From Eledone cirrhosa (lineage: Eukaryota): a stretch of DNA of 64,000 nt. Location: assembly GCA_964016885.1 (NCBI GenBank), contig OZ024740.1:335172001-335236000 (forward strand). Reading direction: 5' to 3'. The position numbers were made by a program, and so were the translations under genes. Below are positions 43,783 to 56,209 of the stretch, piece after piece (positions within the stretch are counted from its first letter, which is position 1; the number at the start of each line of letters is the position of its first letter). A model generated the notes under the pieces. It was not told where the DNA came from, ran no database searches, and was given only the letters and a program-made list of their open reading frames with translations.

Positions 43783-43886
43783 TGTGTGTGCGTGTGTGTG
43801 TGTGAGTATGTATGTAATTATGCATGTATGTATATAGATACCCAAACATATATATGTATGTTTATGTATATATATATGCATATATA

Positions 43887-43936
<50 letters not shown>

Positions 43937-43945
43937 CATACATAC

Positions 43946-44017
<72 letters not shown>

Positions 44018-44195
44018 TCTCGATATACGTTTGTTTGCAAATTTCGTGTCCCTGACTCCATATAAATTGATACAGATATGCATGCCCCCTCAGACATATA
44101 TTAAAAAAGAAATTGTTATTCGCAACCGTTATGTCAACAGATGGCCGTGTCATCCATATATATCATTATTAATATATCACTATTAATATATAGAT

Positions 44196-44383
44196 GGCGA
44201 TGGATTGGCAGTATCGGTAGAGGCTCGGACGCCATGCTTTGACGCATAAAGTTACGGCCCTTGCCATTCTGAGTTCAAATCCCGCCTAGGTTAACTTTGC
44301 CTTTCATCCTTACGGGGTCGATAAAATAAAGTACCAGTAACTCACTGGATATTTGCGGGCCTTGTGCCAAAAGTAGAACTAAT
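44196..44383 (+). mobile_element. Octopus-type tRNA-derived SINE with TSD
   Basis: GGCGATGGATTGGCAGTATCGG...GAGTTCAAATCCCGCC...GGGGTCGATAAAATAAAGTACC; TATTAATATATAG on both flanks. Confidence 0.9.
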
Positions 44384-47041
44384 TATTAATATATAGTAGA
44401 GTAGACGAGAGGAATCGATTGTTACCAAGGCCGATGCGATTGTCCTGCGCTTGTTCCACCGTGATGTTAATACTGGGCGTATTATATTGGTAACTGAAAT
44501 GATTTCTAGGTTTGATTAAAATATGGGGAATTTTGGTTGACACACGAGACATATGCATTTTATTACAAACTATATATGGTTTGGCATAAATACATGTGAG
44601 CGTCTGTGACTTGTGTATTTGTGTGAGTGAGATTACGCGTACAATGAAGGAAAGATGAGAAATGAAGAAAAATTCTGAGAAGAAATATATATATATATAT
44701 ATAACAATTCGATTTTAATAAATAGATGTCTGCGTGTTTGTTTGTACTTGTTTGTTTGTATATGTGTGTATGCGAGTGTGATACGCTGACTTATTCATAC
44801 ATGCCGATGACTTCTTATGCGTAATCTCGTCAAATTCGATGTCATATACAATTTTGTTTTATTGTTTTTGTAATTTTTCGAATTTGGTGGGGGAGTGGGG
44901 AGGTTATTATTTTTGTCATTCACTCTTTTCTCTCCCTCCATATATGTTATGTATATTTGGCTAAGTCCTTGTCTTGTTTCTTGGCTAAATGCCAGTTATT
45001 TCTCTTTCTCTTTTTCTTTCTATTTTCCTTCTCCCCTTCAAACACTGCCAACCTCCGACTTGTCGATTTTCCTCACTAATTCACCTCTTTTTATATTACT
45101 ATATTTCGCTCCCTGTTTAATTTCCCTCGGCAGCTTTCTCCTTTCTCATCCCCTAGCTTCAGAGAAACGGGTGTGACACCAACTCCAGGGACAACATGGC
45201 GCATTCGATGACTAACTCCAGCTTCGTTGCTCGCCAGGACGAACAATGCAAATTGCCGAAGTATTAGTCGCTCTCCCATAAGTTTGTATCAGTGGACACT
45301 TCCGGTATTCTTGGTCCCCGATCTACCTCCCTAGACCATAGTATCGGACCGGGGATAATGATCCGCAGGAGCAAGCCTTTTGAGTTGAAATGCCTATTCC
45401 AACACGTCACCATTGACATCTTCTGGGGCAACGTTTGTGTGTGTATGTGTGTGCGTGTATATATGTATATGTGTGTGTATGTATCTAAATGAGTGCACGT
45501 GTGGGCATGTATATATACATTGAAAGAAAGTGTGGTCTACAGCGAGGTATTAGTGTCCAGTTAGAGAAAGAGAAAAACAGGTAGACAGAAGAGATTGAAA
45601 GACAAAAAACTTCATTACTACATATAACTGTTGGATTTCTTATTTTCTTCCAATGTTGGATAAGCAAAAATAAAATAATAATGATGTATGAGCGTTGTCA
45701 ATTATTGAAGGCAACAGAATGAAACATAATACAAAACACAGCCAACTAATATTAGACACATATTTTATAGCTTAGTTATAGGAGAAAAAATGTTTAACGT
45801 TTATAACATTTAACAGGGCCTTCGAGCTGAACAGAGGAAGGAGGGGGAGAACAGTTCTCTGTAAACAATTTAATTCAGTAGAAAGCAGGACAATAAGATA
45901 TCGAATTAGCCTCACAGCAGAAATCACATTCTATACTCGTAATAGATTTGACTCTAAAGGCAGCAAGCATTGCACGTAGATAAAAAAGTAAAGGGTACAT
46001 AACTCCTGGCGTCGACCTTATGGACATTGAGTTGATATACAATGTATTTTGGGCATTTTAAACCTGGAGGAGGCCTTCTTTTTAAAGAGATAACAACATA
46101 TTCCCCCCAGAGAAAGATAGAGAGAGATAAGTAAGGTTGGGGAAGAAGTGACACTAGTTTTTGACTGATATTTCATTTGTCGATATCGAAAGGATGAACA
46201 GTAAAATTGCTCTCGACGGGGCTTTAACACAGAGCACAATAAATTGAACAAATATCAAGACAATTTTAATCTGATTTTGAACGAATGAAGAGGACGTGTG
46301 GTTGACTTTAACAGAACGCTACGTTGAATGTATCACAGATAATATTTTTCTCCCTCCAGCTTTCTCTCTGTCTCCGTACATGTAACTATAATTCCATGTA
46401 TAAAATACATGCAACGTGAATCCCAGGTTATACAAATATAGTTACCGTTCCAGTTTAAATTATACACGCATCAAATGACGCGAATGATTCTACACACCCA
46501 CGCATGTTTCATTTAATATTCTTTTTCAATTCTCTTCTCGTGAACCTGTTATGACAATATAAAATTATTCGATTTAAGAGAGAGTTGGAGATATTTACAG
46601 ATGTAGGTGAGTTAAGATGCTTTTGAATATAAATAAATACACTAACATATTTTTACATGATGTTTCAATGCACGGCGCATATGTTTGTGAGAGCGGTTTA
46701 TGTGTGCGTGTATATATGTGTATGTAAGCCTGTATGTCTGTGTAAATGCGTGTGTATGAATATGTGTGTTTTGAATAATGAACATAGATAGAGATGTAAT
46801 TAAATGGGTGGCTAAAACTGTATATACAAATTCATGTAATATTAACATACATGGAAATGTATTTATCTAACATGTATATGAATGGTTTCAAAAAGATAAT
46901 TAAATGAGAAAACATTATATTTTAATGTATAGATCCTCATATATGTTCGCACACAAATATCTTATTGTATGTATATGTATTCAAAAGCATCTTGACTCGC
47001 ATACATCTGTAAATATCTCACAAAATCTCTCTTTCTCTCCA

Positions 47042-47105
<64 letters not shown>

Positions 47106-47334
47106 AATAGACACACAATTAAGCATACATACATGCATACATATAAATATACATAGATACGCGCATACATGCATACATGTACACGAGCATATATACATAC
47201 ATACGTGCATACATTCATACATAAATACATACGTACATACACCCATAAATACATACTTACACATACATACATACACACACATACATACATACATATATAC
47301 ATACACACACATACATACATACATACATACATAC

Positions 47335-47443
47335 GTAAATATTTATATATGGCTTCAGTAATATCGAAGCCTATAATATCCATTGAGATGCCCAGGCATA
47401 CAAGAAGCCATACAATGGCTTTGACATATAACGGTTCTACCAT
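47335..47443 (-). CDS. GRIA: Candidate first coding exon (signal peptide) of the glutamate receptor gene
   Basis: ATG then MVEPLYVKAIVWLLVCLGISMDIIGFDITEAIYKYL; hydrophobic core; GTATGT donor at 47334; 109 nt = phase 1, splicing in frame to exon 27892 (YL-R-GIFD). No homology support. Confidence 0.55.
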
Positions 47444-48102
47444 CTCTTCATAACACTGTTTATTTTAGTAAACATTAATAGAGTTGATCAGCGCTGGGAG
47501 GCATTCGTGCGTAGCTATTCTTAGTAACAAATGCAAATTAAATGAACGCATCGAAATGCAACTTCAGAACCTCAGAAAATTAATGAAGTCTTTTAACAGG
47601 AAACATTTTTTTTTTATTTTTTTCAAAAGAAATGATAAACGTATTTGAAATTAATTAGTTCCAGCTGCTATAGCAAAGGTAATCGATTTGAAATACCTAG
47701 ATCAACTCGCATGAAAGAAATAATCTGCTTTACGTGTGTGTTATTTTAAAATGTTATATAAAAAGGTATTTAAATTTTAGAATTTAAATAAAGAAAAAAT
47801 ATTGCCATTCATGTTATTTAATGTTAATGCAGAAATGTGGTATTTATGATATAGATTGTAGAATAGACGATGTTAGGTTGTTTTTGTTTTGTTTTGTTTC
47901 TTCTAAGAAATTCTTTACATTCTGACATTTAACTTTAACGTATAGTATTGTCTTTAAATTTATTTTTATCTCCGAAAACCATGTTTTCATTTGGTTTCAG
48001 TGGGGTTTTTTTTATGTGGGATTGGCTATAACATGTATTTGTGAATAACAGTGTCATTGCTTAGCGGATTCTAAAGTAGCAATCTGTGTTTCCTCATACT
48101 TC

Positions 48103-48110
48103 TGACGTCA
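48103..48110. promoter_or_regulatory. Perfect CRE palindrome TGACGTCA upstream of the candidate first exon
   Basis: ~660 bp 5' of the candidate ATG, next to a GA/CT tract. Confidence 0.3.
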
Positions 48111-48552
48111 CAAAAGAGAGGGGAGAGAGAGGGTGGAGAGGGGAGAGAGAGAAAGAGAGAGAGAAATAAATATTTTTTCTACTTTTGGCACAAGGCCAGC
48201 AACTATCGCAGTACATTACTGGTACTTTATTTTATAACACGCCAATACGTGTTGCAAAAACTCTTGACCACAAGAATTTTTGCAACACGAATTGGCGCGA
48301 AACCTATTTTAATACATCTGGAGCCACTTTTTTCACATAAAACAGGTAGAATTTCCAAAACTAATCAGATTAGAGTAAACATCACGGGCGCTCTATATCA
48401 AAATTATTTTTGAAAAGCATTAGAAATGCGCAACCGGTAAAAACTTAAAACCAGAACTGAATACTAACCAATACTTATTACTAATTTTTACTTATTCCTA
48501 ATTAAACTATTTTTCACTGGGAACAATTTGTCAGCATTTTCTTTTCCTTTTA

Positions 48553-48628
<76 letters not shown>

Positions 48629-48791
48629 TTAACTACCACCTCGAGCTCTAATTATATGAAATTGAGTACGAACATTTCAGAATACTTTTGTCAAGGAATG
48701 GGTATAGAAGCCCATCAAATATATGAATGCTAGTGGATGTATAGGGGGTACGCACAATTATGGTGAAGAGCCAAATTTGGTCTGAAAAGCG

Positions 48792-48836
<45 letters not shown>

Positions 48837-48837
<1 letters not shown>

Positions 48838-48985
48838 ATTGTTTCTACTTTAGGCACAAGGCCAGCAATTACCCAGTGCATTACTGGTACTTTATTTTAT
48901 CGACCCCGTAAGATGAAAGGCAAAGTCAACCTCGGCGGGATTTGAACTCAGATCGTAAAGGGACGTAACTATGCTGGGAAACACT
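48837..48985 (-). mobile_element. Octopus-type SINE, 5'-truncated
   Basis: Same core; further fragments at 48172-48235, 50820-50920 and 27222-27275. Confidence 0.85.
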
Positions 48986-49263
48986 GTCAGCGAATAAAAA
49001 TTGATTGATGTTATCAGAGCTCTTTGTTTTCTCTTACTATAACGGCTCTGTTTTCGTACATTGAGAGAACAAGGTACTGTCACAAGTAATACACAATACG
49101 GATGTGGTTTTTTTTGTGTTTTTGTTTTTTACACATACGTTCTGCTATCTAACCATAATATATATATACATATGTATGTAAAAGGTAAACAGAAATAACA
49201 ACACAATCAGTACAGTATATGGAAGGTATATATTAGGTTAGCGCTTGATATTGCAGAAAGAGG

Positions 49264-49300
49264 GTCTTGATGTTTCGGATGCTTGTCTTTCATCAGAAGA
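49264..49300 (-). ncRNA. Degenerate minimal hammerhead motif
   Basis: Minus strand TCTT-CTGATGA-AAGACAAGCATCC-GAAAC-ATC-AAGA. Confidence 0.4.
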
Positions 49301-49364
49301 AAGAATGAGAAATAAAATAGATTGAGGAGACGGGCGGGTTGGAATTGGAAAAAATGTCTGATAT

Positions 49365-49424
<60 letters not shown>

Positions 49425-49690
49425 GGGGAGAAACCAGTGATTCTTTGCTTAAACTTTAATCTGTTATTTTAATAAATATATATATATTTATATATATATA
49501 GAGAGAGGGGGGGGGGTTATTGCTCCTAATCAACTTTTCAAATTTATATTAGTAGAGGTGACGTTTGTTTATTATAGTGATTATCTGCAGTACTTTGATT
49601 ACCCTATACTTTTGTCAGACATTATAACTAATTACCTTACGTGTTAATCAATATTTTAATACATACAAACATACATATATATATATGTAT

Positions 49691-50490
49691 GTGTTTGTTT
49701 ACCTGTCTCTCTTTCTCCACCAAACTCTTTTTATCCCAATAACTTATTTTAGTTATTGCATCGCCCTAGCCTGAGGTATATGGTCTGTAATGCGAAGAAA
49801 TACCTATGATGGCTAGTAGACCACTGTTGGTGGATAGTCCTGGCTTCTATTTCTAATTCTTTATTATATATATCATATTTGCAACAACACAGCTCGCCAT
49901 TTTTCATTCATATATGCTTTCCCCTTCGCTGTGACATGTCTTTTTCTCTTCCCTTACTGCTATCCTCTTTCACTCTCCCCCTTCTCTCTCCTTCTCCCTC
50001 TTACTTTCACTCACCCCCCCCCCTGCTAGTCAGCCTCTCTCGGCTAGCCGCTTCATCACACTTTCACTCACTCACTCTCTGCTACTCACCCTCTCTCTCA
50101 CTTCCTCCATCGTCCTACACCGTACGAAATTATTTCCTCGCTCAAATTCGCACGGCCAAGATGCATCTTTCGTCTTCTCGTCAATATTTGCACGTGCTTA
50201 TGTTCAAAATGAATTATTGTCTTGATTTTCTCATGTTTTCCTCTCTTTACGTTGTCTCACCATTCGTGTTTATTTACCTGTCTCTCTTTCTCCACCCAAC
50301 TCTTTTTATCCCAATAACTTATTTTAAATATTGCATCGCCCTAGCCTGAGCTATATGGTCTGTAATGCGAAGGAATACCTATGATGGCTAGTAGACCACT
50401 GATGATGGATAGTCCTGGCTTCTATTTCTAATTCTTTATTATATATATCATATTTGCAACAACACAGCTCGCCATTTTTCTTTCATATAT
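49691..50490. mobile_element. 800-bp non-coding element with 225-bp direct terminal repeats
   Basis: 49691-49915 and 50266-50490 (offset 575) are highly similar; TA-rich flanks; CT-rich interior. Confidence 0.75.
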
Positions 50491-51905
50491 ATATATATAT
50501 ATATACATTCAATGGGGTCCCCAGTTGTTTCTGTCAACATTTTTTTCATTCGTTCCCAAATCATGTTCAACGATTATGGTATAGAACACTCGCCCAAGAT
50601 TTTGTTTAGGGTTATCTGATCCGAAACTACGTGGATACCAAGCAAATGTTTAAACTAGACAATAATGTATGTGCCCCTTTTATAGTGTAATTAATATATT
50701 CGTTCATCTCCAGACGACTCCAATTTAATAAATTATTGAAATTAGTTGTTACATCCACATGACAATATTCTGTGATAGTCTAAGTGATAACTAGAACGCA
50801 GCTGTTAAACAGTATAATTAATTGTTTCTACATTTGGTACAAGGACAGCAATTATCCCAGTGTATTACTGGTGCTTTATTTTATCGACCCCGTAAGGATG
50901 AAAGGCAAAGTTAACCTCGGATGTTTTCGTTAGTTTTGATATAGATTAAGTCACCATATTTCAAACGTTATTAATAATAACTTTATTAATATTTAAAAAC
51001 GGAAAAGGAAAGGAAAGGCAAGGGCTCTAGGGTCATAGAAGAATGGGAAGGGAAGGAGAGGGTGATGGGCTCTGGACCTAGGGCAAGGAGGTGTTGGGGC
51101 TGCGCCCCGAGGACAAGTCACAATTTTGTATGCATGAATAGTTTAGATTAAACATAAATTGCATTAACATGAGTGTATTTGAAGTATATTTATCTGAAAA
51201 CGAAGGTGGCTTCCGTTATTATGCGTATAACGTGGAAGTAAATTTTTTCGTTAGAATGAGTGCAAGTTTTTTACAGCCGTTTCTTTTTTTGCACGAACAG
51301 ATATTTACTTAAATGGAGTACATAGTTATACATTACTACATTGCTACACCCACTTAGTGTCCTTTGTTGAGGAATCTAATTTGTAGTTTGTTGATAGTAA
51401 CTTTTACAGTACTAGTTCTCTAATGTTTCTGATTGCTACAAATTTGCACGGATATTAAAACTGGTTTCCTTATATCAGTCATCAGTGTGTTGTATAATAT
51501 ATTGTGTACATATATAATTATCTACTAAACTACGTCTATTATCATTGATTATAACTGATGCTATATTATCTTATAATTATAAGCGAATGTATCCAGCTAA
51601 CTGTGGTTAATGAAATGTAATATTCATTTCCTGACTAACAACCAAATATTACAACTGACGTAAGATGTTTAAGCTAAATCATTAACAAAAGCATTAATGG
51701 AAAACATTGTTATGCTTAATATGTCGTACATTACGTCTCTGCTTTTTGCATATTAAGTCATAGTAGCTCTTTTTTATTTAGTATAAAATATACATATAGT
51801 GTGCACTCGCATATATGCATGTGTGTAGAAGATGTATGTGTTTGTATGTGTTTTATGTGTGGGAAGTCAAGTCTATGGGGGTATGTATATATATATATAT
51901 ATATA

Positions 51906-51984
51906 CAGGATGTTCCCCCAAATAGGTATACACACTTCAACAGTATTTTAATAAAGATATGTATACATTTTGGAGGATATCCTG
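51906..51984. mobile_element. Tiny Tc1/mariner-like MITE
   Basis: TA-CAGGAT...ATCCTG-TA with ~25-bp imperfect TIRs. Confidence 0.65.
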
Positions 51985-51985
51985 T

Positions 51986-52084
<99 letters not shown>

Positions 52085-52121
52085 TATATACATATATATA
52101 CACACATATATACATATTTAT

Positions 52122-52313
<192 letters not shown>

Positions 52314-52966
52314 CTTTATTCGATTTGTGATATTTTGCATTTTCGCAATATTATACACAACTGAATTCAATCGCCTAATATCGGTGTTGTCTCCCTTGCT
52401 GAACCCCACGTGGGTTCAGTTACAGACACATCTATGTAGACTTTCGAACTGAATCCCGTTGACAACGCTTACTCCTAGTTCGGTCAGGATACAAGAAACT
52501 TAACATCCTTTATGTAAGTGGACAGTAAATGACTTACGGAGCCGCAGAAACCCCAACAATAGATTTTACCATCATCCCAGCGGTCCCGGTAAGCCCCAAC
52601 CATTTATATTTTTATATATTTTTATATCTGTATATCTGTTTGACCCGAAATAGGAGATCGAATCTTCGCTGTGTGGATGATTAGTTTAACCACCATCTCA
52701 GTGTGTTTGGCCTTTAACGTAAGTTGTAAGCTCTAATTCATTGGAATTATAGAGCGCTTGCCCCACAACTCGAAAGTGTTTCTCGTTAATTCATGGGCTG
52801 AAATTCGATTCTCGCTAATTTTTACTTATATATATATATATATGAATATAGACATAGAATATTCGAAAATATTCTGTATGTTTATAATAAACATTTTGAA
52901 GACCTAATCGCTATAGAATAGAATACGTCACGTATTACAATTAGATTCTCGATAAAAGCAAGGGAA

Positions 52967-53009
52967 GTAATCTACGCGTTTCATTCTTGTTAGAAATCAT
53001 CAGGACTAC
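52967..53009 (-). ncRNA. Type I hammerhead (array copy; also 53277-53319 and 53587-53629 on minus)
   Basis: Reverse complement of the 53901-53943 motif. Confidence 0.75.
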
Positions 53010-53900
53010 ATATCCAGTGCTTTTATCGAGAATGACACAGCTAGAGACTTATAGAATACTTAGCTGTGTACAGGAACTGGTTTGAAAGAGCGGTTGCCGG
53101 TCCGGCAGAAATTAGAAATTGGAATAAATGCTCTGAAATAGCGATATATATGTGAATATAGACATAGAATATTCGAAAATATTCTGTATGTTTATAATAA
53201 ACATTTTGAAGACCTAATCGCTATAGAATAGAATACGTCACGTATTACAATTAGATTCTCGATAAAAGCAAGGGAAGTAATCTACGCGTTTCATTCTTGT
53301 TAGAAATCATCAGGACTACATATCCAGTGCTTTTATCGAGAATGACACAGCTAGAGACTTATAGAATACTTAGCTGTGTACAGGAACTGGTTTGAAAGAG
53401 CGGTTGCCGGTCCGGCAGAAATTAGAAATTGGAATAAATGCTCTGAAATAGCGATATATATGTGAATATAGACATAGAATATTCGAAAATATTCTGTATG
53501 TTTATAATAAACATTTTGAAGACCTAATCGCTATAGAATAGAATACGTCACGTATTACAATTAGATTCTCGATAAAAGCAAGGGAAGTAATCTACGCGTT
53601 TCATTCTTGTTATAAATCATCAGGACTACATATCCAGTGCTTTTATCGAGAATGACACAGCTAGAGACTTATAGAATACTTAGCTGTGTACAGGAACTGG
53701 TTTGAAAGAGCGGTTGCCGGTCCGGCAGAAATTAGAAATTGGAATAAATGCTCTGAAATAGCGATATATATGTGAATATAGACATAGAATATTCGAAAAT
53801 ATTCTGTATGTTTATAATAAACATTTTGAAGACCTAATCGCTATAGAATAGTATTCTATAAGTCTCTAGCTGTGTCATTCTCGATAAAAGCACTGGATAT

Positions 53901-53943
53901 GTAGTCCTGATGATTTCTAACAAGAATGAAACGCGTAGATTAC
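53901..53943 (+). ncRNA. Type I hammerhead (array copy; also 54211, 54521, 54831, 55141 on plus)
   Basis: GTAGTC-CTGATGA-TTTCTAACAAGAAT-GAAAC-GC-GTA-GATTAC: 6-bp stem I, short stem II, palindromic ACGCGT stem III, predicted cleavage after A53937. Confidence 0.78.
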
Positions 53944-55340
53944 TTCCCTTGCTTTTATCGAGAATCTAATTGTAATACGTGACGTATTCTATTCTATAGC
54001 GATTAGGTCTTCAAAATGTTTATTATAAACATACAGAATATTTTCGAATATTCTATGTCTATATTCACATATATATCGCTATTTCAGAGCATTTATTCCA
54101 ATTTCTAATTTCTGCCGGACCGGCAACCGCTCTTTCAAACCAGTTCCTGTACACAGCTAAGTATTCTATAAGTCTCTAGCTGTGTCATTCTCGATAAAAG
54201 CACTGGATATGTAGTCCTGATGATTTCTAACAAGAATGAAACGCGTAGATTACTTCCCTTGCTTTTATCGAGAATCTAATTGTAATACGTGACGTATTCT
54301 ATTCTATAGCGATTAGGTCTTCAAAATGTTTATTATAAACATACAGAATATTTTCGAATATTCTATGTCTATATTCACATATATATCGCTATTTCAGAGC
54401 ATTTATTCCAATTTCTAATTTCTGCCGGACCGGCAACCGCTCTTTCAAACCAGTTCCTGTACACAGCTAAGTATTCTATAAGTCTCTAGCTGTGTCATTC
54501 TCGATAAAAGCACTGGATATGTAGTCCTGATGATTTCTAACAAGAATGAAACGCGTAGATTACTTCCCTTGCTTTTATCGAGAATCTAATTGTAATACGT
54601 GACGTATTCTATTCTATAGCGATTAGGTCTTCAAAATGTTTATTATAAACATACAGAATATTTTCGAATATTCTATGTCTATATTCACATATATATCGCT
54701 ATTTCAGAGCATTTATTCCAATTTCTAATTTCTGCCGGACCGGCAACCGCTCTTTCAAACCAGTTCCTGTACACAGCTAAGTATTCTATAAGTCTCTAGC
54801 TGTGTCATTCTCGATAAAAGCACTGGATATGTAGTCCTGATGATTTCTAACAAGAATGAAACGCGTAGATTACTTCCCTTGCTTTTATCGAGAATCTAAT
54901 TGTAATACGTGACGTATTCTATTCTATAGCGATTAGGTCTTCAAAATGTTTATTATAAACATACAGAATATTTTCGAATATTCTATGTCTATATTCACAT
55001 ATATATCGCTATTTCAGAGCATTTATTCCAATTTCTAATTTCTGCCGGACCGGCAACCGCTCTTTCAAACCAGTTCCTGTACACAGCTAAGTATTCTATA
55101 AGTCTCTAGCTGTGTCATTCTCGATAAAAGCACTGGATATGTAGTCCTGATGATTTCTAACAAGAATGAAACGCGTAGATTACTTCCCTTGCTTTTATCG
55201 AGAATCTAATTGTAATACGTGACGTATTCTATTCTATAGCGATTAGGTCTTCAAAATGTTTATTATAAACATACAGAATATTTTCGAATATTCTATGTCT
55301 ATATTCACATATATATCGCTATTTCAGAGCATTTATTCCA

Positions 55341-55408
<68 letters not shown>

Positions 55409-55415
55409 AAATATG

Positions 55416-55475
<60 letters not shown>

Positions 55476-55479
55476 AATT

Positions 55480-55715
55480 ACGAAGAATTTGGTGTAAGGA
55501 ACCAGATGAACCATAACGCACCAGAGTACTAATTACTTACGGTAGTAGAGTGGGTAATAGGAAAATGTATGACCCCGAAAAATATATGACCATCGAAACG
55601 GCTTGAGCTCTGCCGTCGGGGTCATACATTTTCCTATTGCCCACTCTACTTCTTTAAGTATTGAGTACTCTGGTGCGTCATTGTCCATCTGGTTCCTTAC
55701 CACAACTCCTTCGTT
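55480..55715. mobile_element. Foldback/MITE-like element with ~100-bp imperfect TIRs
   Basis: Left arm ACGAAG...GAAAATGTATGACCCCGA; right arm TCGGGGTCATACATTTTC...CTCCTTCGTT; same sequence family as the 31727-32622 array. Confidence 0.75.
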
Positions 55716-55732
55716 GTGTATATATATATATA

Positions 55733-55986
55733 TATTATTATGTAATAAACAACATAAGGCAATTATTCCCTTTACCAGTGGTTTCTTAAAAGCAAAAGAT
55801 TTTGCTTTCAATCCTCAGAATGAAAAAATTCTGGTCTGTTTATTGAATTTGGATTTAAGAAAAAATCCAAATTCAATAAACAGACCAGGATTTTTTCATT
55901 CTGAGGATTGAAAGCAACATCTTTTGCTTTTAAGAAACCACTGGTAAATGGAATAATTGCCTTATGTTGTTTATTACATAATAATA
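55733..55986. repeat. Near-perfect 254-bp palindrome carrying one hammerhead per arm
   Basis: ~124-bp arms, centre ~55857-55862, few mismatches. Confidence 0.92.
55894..55953 (+). ncRNA. Type I hammerhead ribozyme (mirror copy on minus at ~55766-55825)
   Basis: TTCATT-CTGAGGA-TTGAAAGCAA(CATCTT)TTGCTTTTAA-GAAAC-CACTG-GTA-AATGGA. Confidence 0.75.
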
Positions 55987-56049
55987 ATTAAGCTCTGTTA
56001 CCTACATAGAGCACTCTTTTTTCCTGGACTTTTCCGACGGAATTACTTC

Positions 56050-56092
<43 letters not shown>

Positions 56093-56175
56093 TTTGAACA
56101 ACTAGAACAACACAAACATAGGGCTGCAAAAAAACAATCTTATTAGGATCATGCTTAGGAGGAAGTGGTGGAGGG

Positions 56176-56209
56176 TTCGACGCTTCGGACGAAAGCCCTT
56201 TGTCAGGAA
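56176..56209 (-). ncRNA. Decayed minimal hammerhead motif
   Basis: Minus strand TTC-CTGACAA-AGGGC(TTTC)GTCC-GAAGC-GTC-GAA; two core substitutions. Confidence 0.35.

Larger units (their letters stand above)
52843..55344. repeat. 310-bp hammerhead-containing tandem array (non-LTR retrozyme-like), two divergent blocks
   Basis: Period exactly 310 (GACATAGAAT at 52851, 53161, 53471, 53781; after inversion TCGATAAAAGCACTG at 53881, 54191, 54501, 54811, 55121); inversion at ~53851; both ends in (TA)n. Confidence 0.93.

Noticed and set aside
52630-52820. tRNA-like fragments upstream of the 310-bp array as a possible Pol III promoter
   Set aside because: No convincing cloverleaf or correctly spaced A/B boxes; separated from the array by (TA)n.
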